Shown piece after piece: positions 62,137 through 64,000 of a stretch of DNA of 64,000 bases; within the stretch, counting starts at the first letter, position 1; each line of letters begins with the position of its first letter. Under the pieces are notes generated by a model, which worked only from the letters and a program-made list of their open reading frames with translations, searched no databases and was not told the DNA's origin. This DNA is from Octopus bimaculoides (lineage: Eukaryota): assembly GCF_001194135.2 (NCBI RefSeq), contig NC_068986.1, forward strand, positions 43,238,350 through 43,302,349, given 5' to 3'. The position numbers and the translations under genes are program-made.

Positions 62137-63089
62137 GTGCATATTTCGGTACTTTGTATTTGACGGAGTCTGAAAGTAATTATTTTCAATTTAGTTGCTG
62201 CACCGTACTAGCCAGTATTTTACTTCGATTTATTAAGAAACGATACACATTTAGACGACTTTTACTGCCATATATTTGGTTCAATAATAAATTACACTAC
62301 GTATTCTCAATGTAGCATGAATAATTACTCTTCATAAATAAATTATATTTTTAATTATCATAAAAATTAAAATCTATTAAATCGTACAGATATTTTCAGT
62401 GCACATGATTAATTTGAGCGATAATTTGAGGGAAAATGTCTTATAATAATAAATAATAGAGCAATTACAAAACTTCAAAGACCATTGATGTGAAATTTTC
62501 ACATGGCTGCAGATGGAAATTGTTTCCATGATTGAATATAAAGGTATTGGGAGGTGCATGAGTGGGTGTGTATACGTATGTTTATATAAACACAAGTAGC
62601 TAGATAGATTGATAGGTATGTATGCGTGTGCCTGTGTGTGTATTAGAGTATGTGTGTGCGTGCATTTATGTTCATGTAAAACAGGGATAATTACCCTGGA
62701 CCACGGTTTCATTTGGTCGGGCCTTCATCATCGGGTTGGACACAAATATATAAAATAACTGTTTCAAACACATTGATTTATACGATTATACGACCATCGC
62801 AAGGAGAGATCGAACGGATCGTAATGTTTACCTTAAGTAGATATCTAACTGTACACACTTCTAACAAGTAGTTGTATTGAGCTCTCTTAAAGTTTTGCAC
62901 CTGAAACAGTCGCGCAAAATGTTGCAGCATAAATTAGCCAAGAATGACGACCAAGGCGAAGTCCGGCCTCCTTAGAGTGTAAGAAATTATGACCCAAACT
63001 TCTTGCGCGTGGGTGTTTTCTTTTGAAGGCCTTCTACCGTTCAGCACCACCTTCGGTTTCTTACTGCTGGTATATAACAGCAATAATAA

Positions 63090-63304
63090 TAATGGTTTCA
63101 AAGCTTGTCATAAAGCTAACAAGTTCGGAGGAAGGGGTAAGTCGCTTACATCGAACCCAGTGTTTTAATGGTATTTATTTTATCGAAACCCAAAGGATGA
63201 AAGGCAAAGTCAACCTCGGCTGAAGTTGTTGAATTTGTACTCATAACGAAATGCTGCCAAGCATTTTGCTCGGCGTGGTACATTTCTGCCAACTGACTGC
63301 CTTA
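63090..63304 (-). mobile_element. SINE family 1
   Basis: GGATGAAAGGCAAAGTCAACCTCGGC core and TTCTGCCAACTGACTGCCTTA head. Confidence 0.85.
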
Positions 63305-63351
63305 ATGATAATAAAAATAATAATGATATAATAATGATGATGATAATGATG

Positions 63352-63446
<95 letters not shown>

Positions 63447-63500
63447 AAGAAGAAGAAGAAGAAGAAGAAGAAGAAGAAGAAGAAGAAGAAGAAGAAGAAA
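63305..63500. repeat. (TAA/TGA)n then (GAA)n microsatellite
   Basis: Direct reading. Confidence 0.95.
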
Positions 63501-63513
63501 ACAAACAATTTAA

Positions 63514-63650
63514 AAAACAGAAACAATTCCTTAAAAACAGACGATTCCATAAAAACAGAAACAATTCCTTCAAAATAGAAATAATTCCTTAAAAGCGGAA
63601 ACAATTCTTTCCAAACAGAAATAATTCTTTGAAAACAGAAACAATTTCTA
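63514..63650. repeat. about 20-bp minisatellite (AAAAACAGAAACAATTCCTT), about 7 degenerate units
   Basis: Direct reading. Confidence 0.8.
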
Positions 63651-63664
63651 TAATAGAAGGCGCA

Positions 63665-63891
63665 TTAGGCATGATAAAAAAAAAATTGAGACAAATACAT
63701 TACCAAAACACCAGGAGTTACAAGTGTATATAGCATACAGAAAATAACACTACTAGGCATCGCACACATCCTACGTAAAGTACTTTCAATACAGTGAAAA
63801 TAAGAGCACCAGAACAAACCACAGCACATACCCAAGGCACAAAGAGCTGCATTGCGTAGTGCAGTCAAAGCACGTGATAAAAATAAGACTA

Positions 63892-63895
<4 letters not shown>
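63665..63895 (+). mobile_element. R4/Dong family C 3' end
   Basis: PGVTSVYSIQKITLLGIAHILRKVLSIQ*, then a UTR ending in (TAA)n. Reverse-complement homolog of 39651-39857. Confidence 0.85.
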
Positions 63896-63980
<85 letters not shown>

Positions 63981-64000
63981 TAATAATAATAATAATAATA
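63896..64000. repeat. (TAA)n microsatellite running off the window
   Basis: Direct reading. Confidence 0.95.

Overview
AT-rich, repeat-saturated eukaryotic draft-assembly window with five N-gaps (33396-33405, 36918-36950, 41003-41212, 43790-43799, 61957-62051). I recognise the SINE families, the DD37D Tc1-like element and the dense AAT/AG/AC/ATAG microsatellites as typical of octopus (coleoid cephalopod) genomes; this assignment is by recognition, not by a database search. No host protein-coding gene, tRNA/rRNA gene or CRISPR array can be supported, so the window is probably intergenic or inside a large intron. The content is decayed mobile DNA: about 20 tRNA-derived SINEs of at least five families; eight or more pieces of R4/Dong-clade (RT + restriction-like endonuclease) retrotransposons, nearly all abutting (TAA)n tracts; a near-complete and several partial L1/Tx1 LINEs; CR1/L2 and RTE remnants; a Gypsy integrase fragment; two Penelope-like elements; mariner, maT and Helitron remnants; and two foldback/MITE elements, one with a telomere-like core. 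The most interesting signals are (i) a twin-priming-type 5' inversion in an R4/Dong element, (ii) four minimal hammerhead-ribozyme motifs in or near Penelope-like sequence, (iii) strand-polarised co-clustering of SINEs and Dong elements at AAT microsatellites, (iv) a perfect 127-bp inverted duplication, and (v) an unexplained GC-rich ORF-like island at about 13.2-13.45 kb. Boundaries of decayed elements are approximate (tens of bp).
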